Assembly: GCA_050015515.1 (NCBI GenBank)
Contig: JBEKBG010000003.1
Location: 6,871-70,870, forward strand
Reading direction: 5' to 3'
From: Minisyncoccia bacterium
Lineage (GTDB): Bacteria; Patescibacteriota; Minisyncoccia; UBA6257; 2-01-FULL-56-20
DNA length: 64,000 nt
Part shown: piece by piece, positions 10,122 to 18,924 of the stretch
Layout of the letters: each line of letters starts with the position of its first letter
Numbering within the stretch: the stretch's first letter is position 1
Program-made: the position numbers and the translations under genes
The notes under the pieces: model-generated
What the model was told of the DNA's origin: nothing
Seen by the model: the letters and a program-made list of their open reading frames with translations, nothing else
Database searches by the model: none

Positions 10122-10193
10122 CAAAAAGACCGTTCTTTCGAACGATCCTTTTGAAAATGGTGCTTACGGCGCCACATTAGATCGCCATCTTGA
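10122..10193 (-). ncRNA. Candidate small RNA (own promoter plus terminator)
   Basis: Minus-strand TTGACG-N16-TACTAT at 10226-10199; 5' stem AGATGG/CCATTT; terminator GGATCGTTC-GAAA-GAACGGTCT followed by a U-tract. Confidence 0.45.
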
Positions 10194-10222
10194 TATCTAT
10201 AGTACTCGGATCTCTATGGACG

Positions 10223-11068
10223 TCAAAGTGCTCCCGGATGCCGCACGCTCCATTGATACAAAACTACCGCGGCAGACACCGACGCGTTCAGCGATTCCGC
10301 ACGCGCGTTCATTGGGATACGCAAGCCGACGTCACAGCGCTCCATCGTTTTTTGTCGGATGCCGTCACCTTCGTTGCCGACGATGAACAGCGCCGGTGCG
10401 TCGAACTTTTCATCAGTAATATTTTGTGACCCGTTCATTACTAAACCGTACGTGCGGAATCCCATTTTCGCGAGTGAATCTACCGCCTGGTTCACATTGC
10501 CGATCAAGACGAGCGGAACGCGGAACGCCATTCCGGCGGATGTCTTTACGACGGTGCCGGTGATCGGCGCCTGGTTGTGGACGGGGAGCAGCACGCCCGC
10601 CGCGCCGAACGCGGCGGCGGAACGGATGATCGCGCCGACGTTATGCGGATCGGTGAGCTCGTCGAGTAAAACCAGCATTGTGTTTTCCGTCGGACGCAGC
10701 TCGGCGAGAAATTCTTTGAAGTCGAGGAGCAGTGATCCTGGATCGGTCACGGCGATCACGCCCTGATGCGCGGTCTCGCGGCCGACCATGTGGTCCATCT
10801 CGCGCCCTTTCAAAACGCCGGGCGTGAGGTTGAGCTTTTTTAACAGCGCGCGTAGTTCAGCATCGTTCATTTCCGGCGACAAAAAGACCTTGCGCACCGT
10901 GTGCGGCGCGTGGGCGAGCGCTTCCATGAGCGCATGCTTGCCATAGATGTAGATCTTCTCGTGCGAGCCGTGCGCGGTATATTGCTTCGGGTGCGCCCCG
11001 CGGGAAGAGCGCTGGCCGCGCGAAGGGCCCTGGGAACGAGCCGAGTGCGATGAGCGGCGTGAGCGCAT
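10223..11068 (-). CDS. rlmB: 23S rRNA 2'-O-methyltransferase, TrmH/RlmB family
   Basis: HQGVIA, DPHNVGAIIRSA, GNEGDG and ESLNASV SPOUT motifs. Confidence 0.9.
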   Translation of the reverse strand: MRSRRSSHSARSQGPSRGQRSSRGAHPKQYTAHGSHEKIYIYGKHALMEALAHAPHTVRKVFLSPEMNDAELRALLKKLNLTPGVLKGREMDHMVGRETAHQGVIAVTDPGSLLLDFKEFLAELRPTENTMLVLLDELTDPHNVGAIIRSAAAFGAAGVLLPVHNQAPITGTVVKTSAGMAFRVPLVLIGNVNQAVDSLAKMGFRTYGLVMNGSQNITDEKFDAPALFIVGNEGDGIRQKTMERCDVGLRIPMNARAESLNASVSAAVVLYQWSVRHPGAL

Positions 11069-11069
11069 A

Positions 11070-11636
11070 TCAAGATGATTTAAATTCCGAGCCCGGTTTC
11101 CACGGCACGCCAAGCCAGGGGAGCAGCCACCGGTCGAGGCCGAGCCATCCGGCGTTGCGCCACGCGAGGATCAGGAATAATTCAATGAGCAACAGCAGTG
11201 GATTCACGCTGACCGTTCCGGCAAAGAGATAATTGAGATTCATGAACGCGCCGAAGAACGCGGCGATGCCGGTGAATGCGCCGAGCACCAACCCGACACC
11301 AACGGCGAGCTCGCCAAACGTGATGAGATACGAAAAAATCGTGACGTGAGGAAGTGCGACGCTATGAATGAACCATGCGTACCATGACGTCACCGCCGGA
11401 TTGGTGCCCGTCGCTTTCGCCGCTGCGGCGGAAAGGAATCCGCGGAGCGTGGTCCCTGCTTGCGGACCGATCCACATGCCACCCGTCGCTTTTCCCCATC
11501 CCGCCGTCACCCATTGGTAGCCGACGTAAAGGCGGAGCAGAAGCCATACCCATGCCACCCGCGTGTCGGCAAACAAAAATCCCGCAAGCTTCGGCTCGGG
11601 AATCACGACCGATTTGTGCGATGGGCTTTCGGACAT
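11070..11636 (-). CDS. DoxX family membrane protein (TQO small subunit-like)
   Basis: LRLYVGYQW..AGWGK, GELAVGVGLVLG and AGWLGLDRW motifs; start at MSES, 6 nt after TATAAT. Confidence 0.85.
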   Translation of the reverse strand: MSESPSHKSVVIPEPKLAGFLFADTRVAWVWLLLRLYVGYQWVTAGWGKATGGMWIGPQAGTTLRGFLSAAAAKATGTNPAVTSWYAWFIHSVALPHVTIFSYLITFGELAVGVGLVLGAFTGIAAFFGAFMNLNYLFAGTVSVNPLLLLIELFLILAWRNAGWLGLDRWLLPWLGVPWKPGSEFKSS

Positions 11637-11655
11637 GAAGTTATTATAACTTATT

Positions 11656-11780
11656 TGCGGCGGAGGGGGTGGGATTCGCCCGCGGCTCAAATGCTCGCCG
11701 TCGCTCGCATTTGGCCTGGGCACCGCCTCGCTGATTTTCTCTGCTGAGAAAATCAGCTCCGGCGTTCGAATCCGCACATT
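11656..11780 (-). repeat. tRNA-Ser-like 3' fragment with a two-hairpin element inserted in its T-loop
   Basis: Minus strand reads GTGCGGATTCGAA-[hairpin core]-CGAATCCCACCCCCTCCGCC. Confidence 0.6.
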
Positions 11781-11791
11781 CAAACAAGCAA

Positions 11792-11853
11792 TAAAAAGAA
11801 TATCCCTTTCTGGCGAATTATTCTTATCACGAGCCAGAAAGGGATATTCTTTT
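11792..11853. repeat. 22-bp perfect inverted repeat just downstream of tRNA-Ser (terminator-like)
   Basis: AAAAAGAATATCCCTTTCTGGC ... GCCAGAAAGGGATATTCTTTTT. Confidence 0.85.
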
Positions 11854-11861
11854 TTTGTTGT

Positions 11862-11949
11862 TGGCGGAGGGTGCAGGACTCGAACCTGCAAGTCCCTTAC
11901 GGGACCCCGGTTTTCAAGACCGGTGCCTTGCCATTCGGCGCAACCCTCC
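11862..11949 (-). tRNA. tRNA-Ser(TGA)
   Basis: Cloverleaf with anticodon loop CTTGAAA, long variable arm and encoded CCA. Confidence 0.95.
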
Positions 11950-11958
11950 TCTTGAACT

Positions 11959-12447
11959 TTATACCATCAACTTGTAATGTTTTCCAATCCAGCTTCTGGT
12001 TAGGTAATGCTCTTCAGAGTGGCAATTGGGGCAAATCAATTCAAGGTTACTCAACTCATTATTCTTTCTATTTCTGTCTTTATGGTGTACATTCAAAATC
12101 TCACGTTTATTATAGCCGCACCTTTCGCATTTTCCACCCCGAATTTCAATCAACCTTATTTTTAAGAGTCCCGTAGAAACGATTTTATCTTTCAATCTAC
12201 GCCCGGTATATTTTATGCCTGCCCTATTCTTATTCGCGCAACTTCTGCTGCATGTCTTTTTATTTAATCTTGCGGCGATGGGCCTTTTGCAAATTACGCA
12301 TGGATGCTCTTTGAGTATGGATTTGCCGTAACAATCCATACTACAAAAGACATTTCCTTTGTTGATCGATATTTCTTTCGGTCTCCGATATATCGGCTTC
12401 CGACAAATTTTGCATTCAATGTTTGGGTTTCTCTTGTACGTTTCCAT
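11959..12447 (-). CDS. HNH endonuclease with N-terminal zinc-finger repeats
   Basis: CxxC...FCS repeats, then CERCG, VHHKDRNRKNN, NLELICPNCH; AT-rich. Confidence 0.9.
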   Translation of the reverse strand: METYKRNPNIECKICRKPIYRRPKEISINKGNVFCSMDCYGKSILKEHPCVICKRPIAARLNKKTCSRSCANKNRAGIKYTGRRLKDKIVSTGLLKIRLIEIRGGKCERCGYNKREILNVHHKDRNRKNNELSNLELICPNCHSEEHYLTRSWIGKHYKLMV

Positions 12448-12510
12448 TCGCGTACTTTATCGCAACACACAATAGATTTCAAGAGAAAATTTTAGAATTT
12501 TTTAATCTTG

Positions 12511-12581
12511 TGGACCCATGGGGAATCGAACCCCAACCTCCTCCATGCCATGGAGGCGTAATACCATTTTACTATGGGCCC
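12511..12581 (-). tRNA. tRNA-Ala(GGC)
   Basis: G3:U70 acceptor pair; anticodon loop ATGGCAT; no encoded CCA. Confidence 0.92.
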
Positions 12582-12664
12582 TTCGTATAACAATCTTTCG
12601 ATTGCCTGCCACTCATTCTATATATATTGCAGGCATTGCGTCAATCATCTATAGTTTGTTCAAC

Positions 12665-12736
12665 GCCCTCGTAGTTCAATGGATAGAACGGCTCACTCCT
12701 AACGAGCTGATAGAGGTTCGATTCCTCTCGGGGGCA
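12665..12736 (+). tRNA. tRNA-Arg(CCT)
   Basis: Cloverleaf with anticodon loop CTCCTAA. Confidence 0.92.
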
Positions 12737-12789
12737 CCCTTGAAATCGCGTCGCGTTTCTGCGACCATAGAGTGGCACGTATGCAAAGC

Positions 12790-12876
12790 GGTGAGGTGGC
12801 TGAGTGGTCGAAGGCGCCGCACTCGAAATGCGGTGTACCTGAAAGGGTACCGTGGGTTCAAATCCCACCCTCACCG
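12790..12876 (+). tRNA. tRNA-Ser(CGA)
   Basis: Anticodon loop CTCGAAA and long variable arm. Confidence 0.95.
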
Positions 12877-12943
12877 CTTTGCATGTGAAGGTTATTGCTT
12901 ATTGCGCAATCCCATTATTTTCGCTATATTTTCTTGTGGCGGC

Positions 12944-13016
12944 GCCACCTTAGCTCAGCTGGTAGAGCAGTGCTTTCGTAAAGCAAAGGTCCCCGGTTCG
13001 AATCCGGGAGGTGGCT
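12944..13016 (+). tRNA. tRNA-Thr(CGT)
   Basis: Cloverleaf with anticodon loop TTCGTAA. Confidence 0.93.
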
Positions 13017-13042
13017 CAGAAAAGTGATATAATCAAGATATC

Positions 13043-13273
13043 ATGAAACGCGAACAAATTTCTTCGCAGGACGGTCCAAGCGAGCCGCAGATTCCTCAAC
13101 AACGGAATTTTGATTTCGAGGGAGCGGCTAAGAAAGCGGCTGTGGAGGCCAAGGCGATAGAATTGCGGAAAGTGAATGATTGGACGCTACCCTACGCGCG
13201 CGCCATGGCGAGTCAGCAATTAAAAAAAGAAGAGTGGGAAGAGAAAGCTAGCCAGAAAGAGAAATCCAATTAG
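13043..13273 (+). CDS. Hypothetical protein
   Basis: 76-aa ORF preceded by extended -10 TGATATAAT. Confidence 0.6.
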   Translation: MKREQISSQDGPSEPQIPQQRNFDFEGAAKKAAVEAKAIELRKVNDWTLPYARAMASQQLKKEEWEEKASQKEKSN

Positions 13274-13279
13274 TTTTTT

Positions 13280-14327
13280 ATGAACCGAAACGAACCACTT
13301 CAGGAACTTACAGAAGAAGCTCGCCAACTGGGCGAGCGTCTTTGACCTCGCGGCGAAACAAAAACGGATCGTGGAATTGGAAGCGGAAATGTCATCCGCT
13401 GGTTTTTGGAATGATCGGCAAAACGCCGATGCCAAGATCCGCGAGCTTGGCGAACTGAATGATGTCATTGCAAAATATGAGATCATTCGCACCGGTATCG
13501 ACGGGCTTAAGCTTCAGTTCGATGAAAATAATTTCCACGATATCAAGCGTGCATTTCGCGAGTTCGAGCTGAAACAACTTTTTACGGGCCGTTACGACAA
13601 GCAGTCGGCGGTCCTTGCGATCTATCCGGGCGCGGGAGGCGAGGATGCGGAAGACTGGGCGCGGATGCTCGGCGCGATGTACGAAGGCTACGCGCGCGAG
13701 CGCGGCTGGAAAGTGCGCGAAGTGGACGATAATCCGCGCTCGCGCGCGATTGAAATAAGCGGCGCGTACGCGTACGGCTATTTAAAGAACGAGCAGGGGG
13801 TGCACCGCCTTGTGCGTATCTCGCCGTTCAACACAAAGCACTCGCGTGAGACATCCTTTGCGCTCGTGGAGGTCGTGCCAGACCTCCCGGCACTCGACGA
13901 ATCGAAGCTGCAAATTCCGGAAGCCGACCTGCGGTTTGAGTTCTCTCGCGCCGGCGGTCCGGGCGGCCAGAACGTGAACAAAGTGGAGACCGCCGTGCGG
14001 GTAGTACATATTCCAACGGGCATCGCGATCAGTTCGCGCGCCCAGCGCTCGCAGCAGCAGAATCGCGAACAAGCGCTTAAGATCTTGAAGGCGCGGCTGT
14101 TCCAACTGATGGAGCAGGAAAAAGTGGAAGAGGTTGGTGCGTTGCGCACAAAGGTAAAGCCAGAGTGGGGGAGCCAGATCCGTTCGTATGTGTTGAATCC
14201 CTATCAAATGGTAAAGGATCACCGCACCGATGCCGAAACCTCGCGTGTAGATGACGTGCTGGCGGGAAATATCGATATGTTTATAGAAGCCATGCTTGAG
14301 CAAAAATCTCCTGAAAAAAAGGATTAA
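13280..14327 (+). CDS. prfB: Peptide chain release factor 2, programmed +1 frameshift
   Basis: 21-codon ORF from ATG 13280 ends in CTT TGA C (13340-13346); the +1 frame carries the SPF and GGQ motifs. Confidence 0.95.
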
Positions 14328-14379
14328 AAAATTGTTAAAAAGTTTTTGACTTTTATCTTGTGTGGCCTATGATTTGTGG

Positions 14380-14676
14380 ATGATAAAAAAACCAAAAGAG
14401 AAAAAAATAACAATCGATAAATTAGCCATTATGGTCCAGGAAGGGTTTATGGCAATGGCAAAGCAGGAAGATTTACTTGCGTTGGCCGGGCGATTGGATA
14501 AATTTGAAGAAAGCATCAATGTCCACTTCGATAAGGTAGATAAACATTTTGGCGAGATGTCTTTAGAATTGAAAGAGATTCGTAAAGAGGTTTGCGTCAA
14601 CGAGCTGAAAAATCGTGGCGACGTTGCCAGTCTCGATTTCCGCGTAAACAAGTTAGAAAAGAAAGCCGGATTCTAG
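14380..14676 (+). CDS. Hypothetical coiled-coil protein
   Basis: TTGACT-N16-TATGAT ends 6 nt before ATG 14380; heptad-like C-terminus. Confidence 0.65.
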   Translation: MIKKPKEKKITIDKLAIMVQEGFMAMAKQEDLLALAGRLDKFEESINVHFDKVDKHFGEMSLELKEIRKEVCVNELKNRGDVASLDFRVNKLEKKAGF

Positions 14677-14714
14677 TGTTTGGTTCTTTTTGAAAAAATG
14701 TTATCATTAATTAC

Positions 14715-15398
14715 GTGATTGTTTTTCAAGGAGTTTCCAAACATTACACGGGCCACGGGGTCGCGCTTGAGGATGTGAGTTTTGAAATTGATCCCGGGGA
14801 ATTCGTTTCCCTTGCGGGTCGCTCAGGCGCTGGAAAGTCCACGGTTATAAAATTACTGATCGGGGAAGAAAAACCGTCCAAGGGCCGTGTTTTTTTTGGG
14901 CAGTATGAAGTGAATAAATTGCAGGATAACGAGCTGCCCGCGTTCCGCCGCCACATCGGCGTCGTGTTCCAGGATTTTCGTTTGCTTCCCACCAAAACGG
15001 CATACGAAAATGTTGCATTTGCGTTGGAAGTGGCCGGGCGGCCACAACATGAGATCGCGGAATTGGTTCCGCAGGTGCTCGATATGGTGGGGTTAGGGGA
15101 TAAGATGAAAAACTTCCCGAATGAACTTTCCGGCGGTGAACGCCAGCGCGTCGCGATCGCGCGCGCGATGATCCATCGTCCGGAGGTCGTGATCGCCGAC
15201 GAGCCGACGGGAAACCTCGACCCGTTTCACACATTTGAGATCATCAAGCTGCTCGAAAAGATCAACCAGCTCGGCACCACGGTGGTGCTCGCCACGCATG
15301 ATAAGGAGGTCATTAACAACCTCGAGAGAAGAGTGATAACATTGGATAAGGGCCGCCTCATCCGCGACGAGAAGAAAGGCAAGTACATTCTAGTATAA
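14715..15398 (+). CDS. ftsE: Cell division ATP-binding protein FtsE
   Basis: GRSGAGKST, VVFQDFRLL, LSGGE and DEPTGNLD motifs; adjacent to ftsX. Confidence 0.95.
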   Translation: MIVFQGVSKHYTGHGVALEDVSFEIDPGEFVSLAGRSGAGKSTVIKLLIGEEKPSKGRVFFGQYEVNKLQDNELPAFRRHIGVVFQDFRLLPTKTAYENVAFALEVAGRPQHEIAELVPQVLDMVGLGDKMKNFPNELSGGERQRVAIARAMIHRPEVVIADEPTGNLDPFHTFEIIKLLEKINQLGTTVVLATHDKEVINNLERRVITLDKGRLIRDEKKGKYILV

Positions 15399-15411
15399 TA
15401 AAAAAATACCA

Positions 15412-16320
15412 ATGTTCACCATTATCTCCAGAATTTTCCATTTCGGGTTCAAGAACTTCTGGCGCAACGGCTGGCTGTCCACGGCGACGATCGCTATCAT
15501 GACGCTCGCGTCCATCGGTTTTTTAGGGCTTATCATGTTTGGCGTCATCACGCACGCTGCCGCGGCGGCCATCCAAGATAAAATAGACATCAGCGTTTAT
15601 TTTAATACCAACACGTCGGAGGATGAGATCTTGAATATTCAGCAATCGCTCGAGGGGCTTTCGCAGGTGGCAAGCGTGAATTATATTTCACAGGATCAGG
15701 CGCTCGCTACGTTCCAACAAAATCATGCGAGCGACCCGACGGTCAGCCAGGCCATCAATCAACTCGACACGAATCCGCTTGAGGCGTCGCTCAATGTCAC
15801 GGCGAAGAATCCGAGCGAGTACGGCGCGATCAACGATTACCTGAGTTCGCCCGACCTTTCTCAGTATATTGACACGATCAGCTATGCGCAGAACCAGGAC
15901 GTGATCAACCGCCTTGCGGCGATAGTGCGCGATGTCTCGATTGGCGGATGGATCCTGACCGTCTTCCTCGCGCTCGTCGCGGGACTCGTCATGTTCAATA
16001 CGATCCGCCTTGCCATCTATTCCAATCGCGAGGAGATCGGCGTGATGCGCGTGGTGGGCGCGTCGAACAGCCTCGTACGCGGGCCGTTCGTGGTGGAGGG
16101 AATGCTGTGGGGACTGATCGCTGCGCTGATCAGCCTCATTGTGTTTGCCCCCGTGCTCTATTTCGTCTCTCCCTATCTGAACGAGTTCATTCCAGGGTTG
16201 AACATCTTCCGGTATTTCTACACGCACATCGTCCAGCTGTTCGTCTATGAATTATTATTCGGCGTGGTGATCGGAGGACTCTCCAGTTTCTGGGCGGTGC
16301 GCCGTTATTTGAAGAACTAG
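15412..16320 (+). CDS. ftsX: Cell division permease FtsX
   Basis: NPLEAS and NTIRLAIYS.REEIGVMRVVGAS...RGPF..EG motifs. Confidence 0.95.
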   Translation: MFTIISRIFHFGFKNFWRNGWLSTATIAIMTLASIGFLGLIMFGVITHAAAAAIQDKIDISVYFNTNTSEDEILNIQQSLEGLSQVASVNYISQDQALATFQQNHASDPTVSQAINQLDTNPLEASLNVTAKNPSEYGAINDYLSSPDLSQYIDTISYAQNQDVINRLAAIVRDVSIGGWILTVFLALVAGLVMFNTIRLAIYSNREEIGVMRVVGASNSLVRGPFVVEGMLWGLIAALISLIVFAPVLYFVSPYLNEFIPGLNIFRYFYTHIVQLFVYELLFGVVIGGLSSFWAVRRYLKN

Positions 16321-16482
16321 AGCTTATTTTAAAAATAGGTATATGAGGATTTTGAGTCGATTTCGAGCGAGGAATGCGTATCGTGACGAAGGAATAGCGG
16401 TCGCTATTGCGAGGAGCGATACGCATTCCGCAGCCGAAATCGGCCAAAAGAGTCGTATGATCTATTTTTAAAATAAGCTCTA
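16318..16482 (+). repeat. 165-bp nested palindromic (MITE/REPIN-like) element starting at the ftsX stop codon
   Basis: 21-bp perfect terminal IR (16318-16338/16462-16482); nested stems GTCGATTTCG/CGAAATCGGC, GGAATGCGTATCG/CGATACGCATTCC and AATAGCG/CGCTATT. Confidence 0.85.
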
Positions 16483-16484
16483 CT

Positions 16485-17471
16485 TTGAACGACATCAACC
16501 CACAAGATATGCCGCCATCGCCTCCGGTGATGGAAATACCGCCGCCGCCTTCGCCTTCGCACGACGCGCCCGCCGCGTCGCGCAAAAAAAAGGCGCGGCG
16601 ACGGCTCATCATCATCGCCGGCGTGGTGGTGGTCGCCGCCTGCGCCTTGTGGTATTTCCAGAAATCTCTTTCTCTGCCGTTACAGAGCATTGAGTCGTTC
16701 GCGAACCCTACCACTCCTGCAGCAACCAGTAGTCAGTCCGCGCAGAATTTTCTCGCGCCGACTACGTCGATACAACAGGCCACGAAGGTCGTGCCAAAGA
16801 AAACAAATGCGTTGACGGTCGCGGGCGTGATCGCCGAGACGAACGCCGCGCGCGCCGCGAATGGCGACCTGCCGCCGCTCGTGGAGAACGCGACGCTCGA
16901 CGACATCGCCACGCTGCGCCTTGACGATATGTTTACCCAGCAATATTTCGCGCACGTCGGGCCGCAAGGAGAAGGCGCAATCACTGTGGCGTCGAGCGTC
17001 GGATACGATCACCTCGCGCTTGGCGAGAATCTCGCGCTTGGCAATTATGCCGGCGACGCCGGCGTCGTCACCGCGTGGATGAACAGTCCCGGCCACCGCG
17101 CGAACATTTTGGACACGCATTACACGCAGATCGGCGTCGCCGTACGCGAAGGGATGTTTGAAGGCGACGAGACGTGGCTCGCGGTGCAGATCTTCGGCAG
17201 ACCGGCATCGGATTGCACCGCGCCGGATGCGAATATGGAAAACAGCATCAATCTTTCCGAGCAGCAGATCAGTTCCACATCCGTCGAGCTCACCGATGAC
17301 AAGGCCATCATTGATGCGATGTCCCCGCAATCCGGCCCTGCGTACAACGCACAGGTGGAGGATTACAATAATCTCGCCGCGCAATACAACACCCTTGCCG
17401 CCGAGACCAAGACCGCCATCAGTGTCTACGACGCGCAGGTGACCGCGTTCAACGCGTGTTTGGCGGAATAA
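16485..17471 (+). CDS. CAP (SCP) domain membrane-anchored protein
   Basis: YFAH, GENLA and WMNSPGHRANIL motifs; TM near the N-terminus; exact start uncertain. Confidence 0.9.
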   Translation: MNDINPQDMPPSPPVMEIPPPPSPSHDAPAASRKKKARRRLIIIAGVVVVAACALWYFQKSLSLPLQSIESFANPTTPAATSSQSAQNFLAPTTSIQQATKVVPKKTNALTVAGVIAETNAARAANGDLPPLVENATLDDIATLRLDDMFTQQYFAHVGPQGEGAITVASSVGYDHLALGENLALGNYAGDAGVVTAWMNSPGHRANILDTHYTQIGVAVREGMFEGDETWLAVQIFGRPASDCTAPDANMENSINLSEQQISSTSVELTDDKAIIDAMSPQSGPAYNAQVEDYNNLAAQYNTLAAETKTAISVYDAQVTAFNACLAE

Positions 17472-17505
17472 CTAACGGGCGTGATATAATAATGATATAA
17501 ATTTC

Positions 17506-17643
17506 ATGACAACAAAATTTCTTTCATGGAGCTTCAGCTGGCGTCGAGTATTGATCATCGTCGGCGTTGGCGCCGTTGTCCTGCTTTTCTTTGCTCTTCT
17601 CGTTACGTATCTTGCCTCCCGGGGAATGTTGACCGGTATGTAA
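17506..17643 (+). CDS. Small single-TM protein (45 aa, not in the ORF track)
   Basis: MTTKFLSWSFSWRRVLIIVGVGAVVLLFFALLVTYLASRGMLTGM; TGATATAAT upstream; ends 4 nt before the pilin start. Confidence 0.55.
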   Translation: MTTKFLSWSFSWRRVLIIVGVGAVVLLFFALLVTYLASRGMLTGM

Positions 17644-17647
17644 CGCC

Positions 17648-18874
17648 ATGCGCAACGCTTTCACCCTCATCGAGCTCCTGGTCGTCATCGCCATCATCGC
17701 CATCCTAGCCGTCGTCGTGGTCCTCACCCTGAATCCCACAGAGCTTCTCCGTCAGAGCAGGGATGCGAACAGGGTCTCTGACATGGCAACCCTCAATTCT
17801 GCCATCAATCTCTACAATACGGATCAGTCAGGAAGCATAGGATATACTCTCGGCAATGCCTCAAGCGTGTATGTCTCTCTCACGGATACCACAAGCACCT
17901 GTGCCAATCTTGGCCTTGCCACCGCTCCTACGGGATATACCTATGCCTGTGCCTCTGCCACTTCATCACGAAATATCAACAATACCGGCTGGATCCCTAT
18001 CAATTTCTCCACTATCAGTGCAGGATCTCCCTTAGGGTCCCTTCCTGTGGATCCAACAAATGCCTCTTCCTCAGGCCTCTACTATACCTACAGTACGAAT
18101 GGCACCCAATATGAGGTCACTTCCTTATTTGAATCAGCTAAATACAAGGCACAATACGGACAGAGCCCCATGGATCCCAGCTATCCCGAGGTCAATGCCC
18201 AGGGAAACTCCTTGTCCGTTTCCCCGCTCTTCAACCCCTCTGGGCTTGTAGGATGGTGGCCGCTCACCGAAGGATCTGGATCAAGCTCCATTGACCAATC
18301 AGGCAACGGGAATAACGGGAACTGGACAGGCACCGCATCGGGCACCAATGGCACTTACTATGCCGGGGGAAGGGTGGGAAGCTGGGCGGGATACTTCAAT
18401 GGGAGCACGGATGCTGTGAATACTGTTTCTAATCCTAGTCCAACGGGCTCTTCAAGGACAGTTTGTGCATGGATAAAAACTACCACAACCTCTCGTGGGG
18501 GTATTATCGATACTCGGGGTAGTGGTAGTGGTGGGTTTTTCTTTTCGGTAAATCGTACCACTGCGGGAAATCTAACCTATGCCCATAACGGAGGAAGTGC
18601 TGTTGAGATTGCTGCTGGTGTAAATAATGGACAATGGAATTTTGTGTGTGCAGTGTACAATGTTTCTTTGGCGGCAGCTAGTCTTTATGAAAACGGAACC
18701 ATACTTGGAACAATCTCCTCTTTCACGGCAGAACTTACTACTACGTCTACGGTTCAAATAGGAGAAGATAGCACCGGCGGTGACCTATTCTCTGGTCTCA
18801 TTGATGACGTCCGCATCTACAACCGCGCGCTTTCGGCGGCGGAGATTATGGCGATATATAACGCAGAGAAGTAA
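17648..18874 (+). CDS. Type IV pilin-like protein (N-terminal methylation motif) fused to a LamG/ConA-like domain
   Basis: MRNA-FTLIELLVVIAIIAIL, LPVDP, GLVGWWPL..G.G....D.SGNGN and FSGLIDDVRIYNRALS. Confidence 0.9.
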   Translation: MRNAFTLIELLVVIAIIAILAVVVVLTLNPTELLRQSRDANRVSDMATLNSAINLYNTDQSGSIGYTLGNASSVYVSLTDTTSTCANLGLATAPTGYTYACASATSSRNINNTGWIPINFSTISAGSPLGSLPVDPTNASSSGLYYTYSTNGTQYEVTSLFESAKYKAQYGQSPMDPSYPEVNAQGNSLSVSPLFNPSGLVGWWPLTEGSGSSSIDQSGNGNNGNWTGTASGTNGTYYAGGRVGSWAGYFNGSTDAVNTVSNPSPTGSSRTVCAWIKTTTTSRGGIIDTRGSGSGGFFFSVNRTTAGNLTYAHNGGSAVEIAAGVNNGQWNFVCAVYNVSLAAASLYENGTILGTISSFTAELTTTSTVQIGEDSTGGDLFSGLIDDVRIYNRALSAAEIMAIYNAEK

Positions 18875-18924
18875 TCCGGCGCGCTGGTAAAACCTCCATT
18901 ATTTTGTTATCATTGCGGTGTGTT

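Noticed and set aside
12518-13027. ORFs spanning the tRNA cluster, and the 5' extension of the DoxX ORF to 11891
   Set aside because: Shadow translations of tRNA genes and repeat elements
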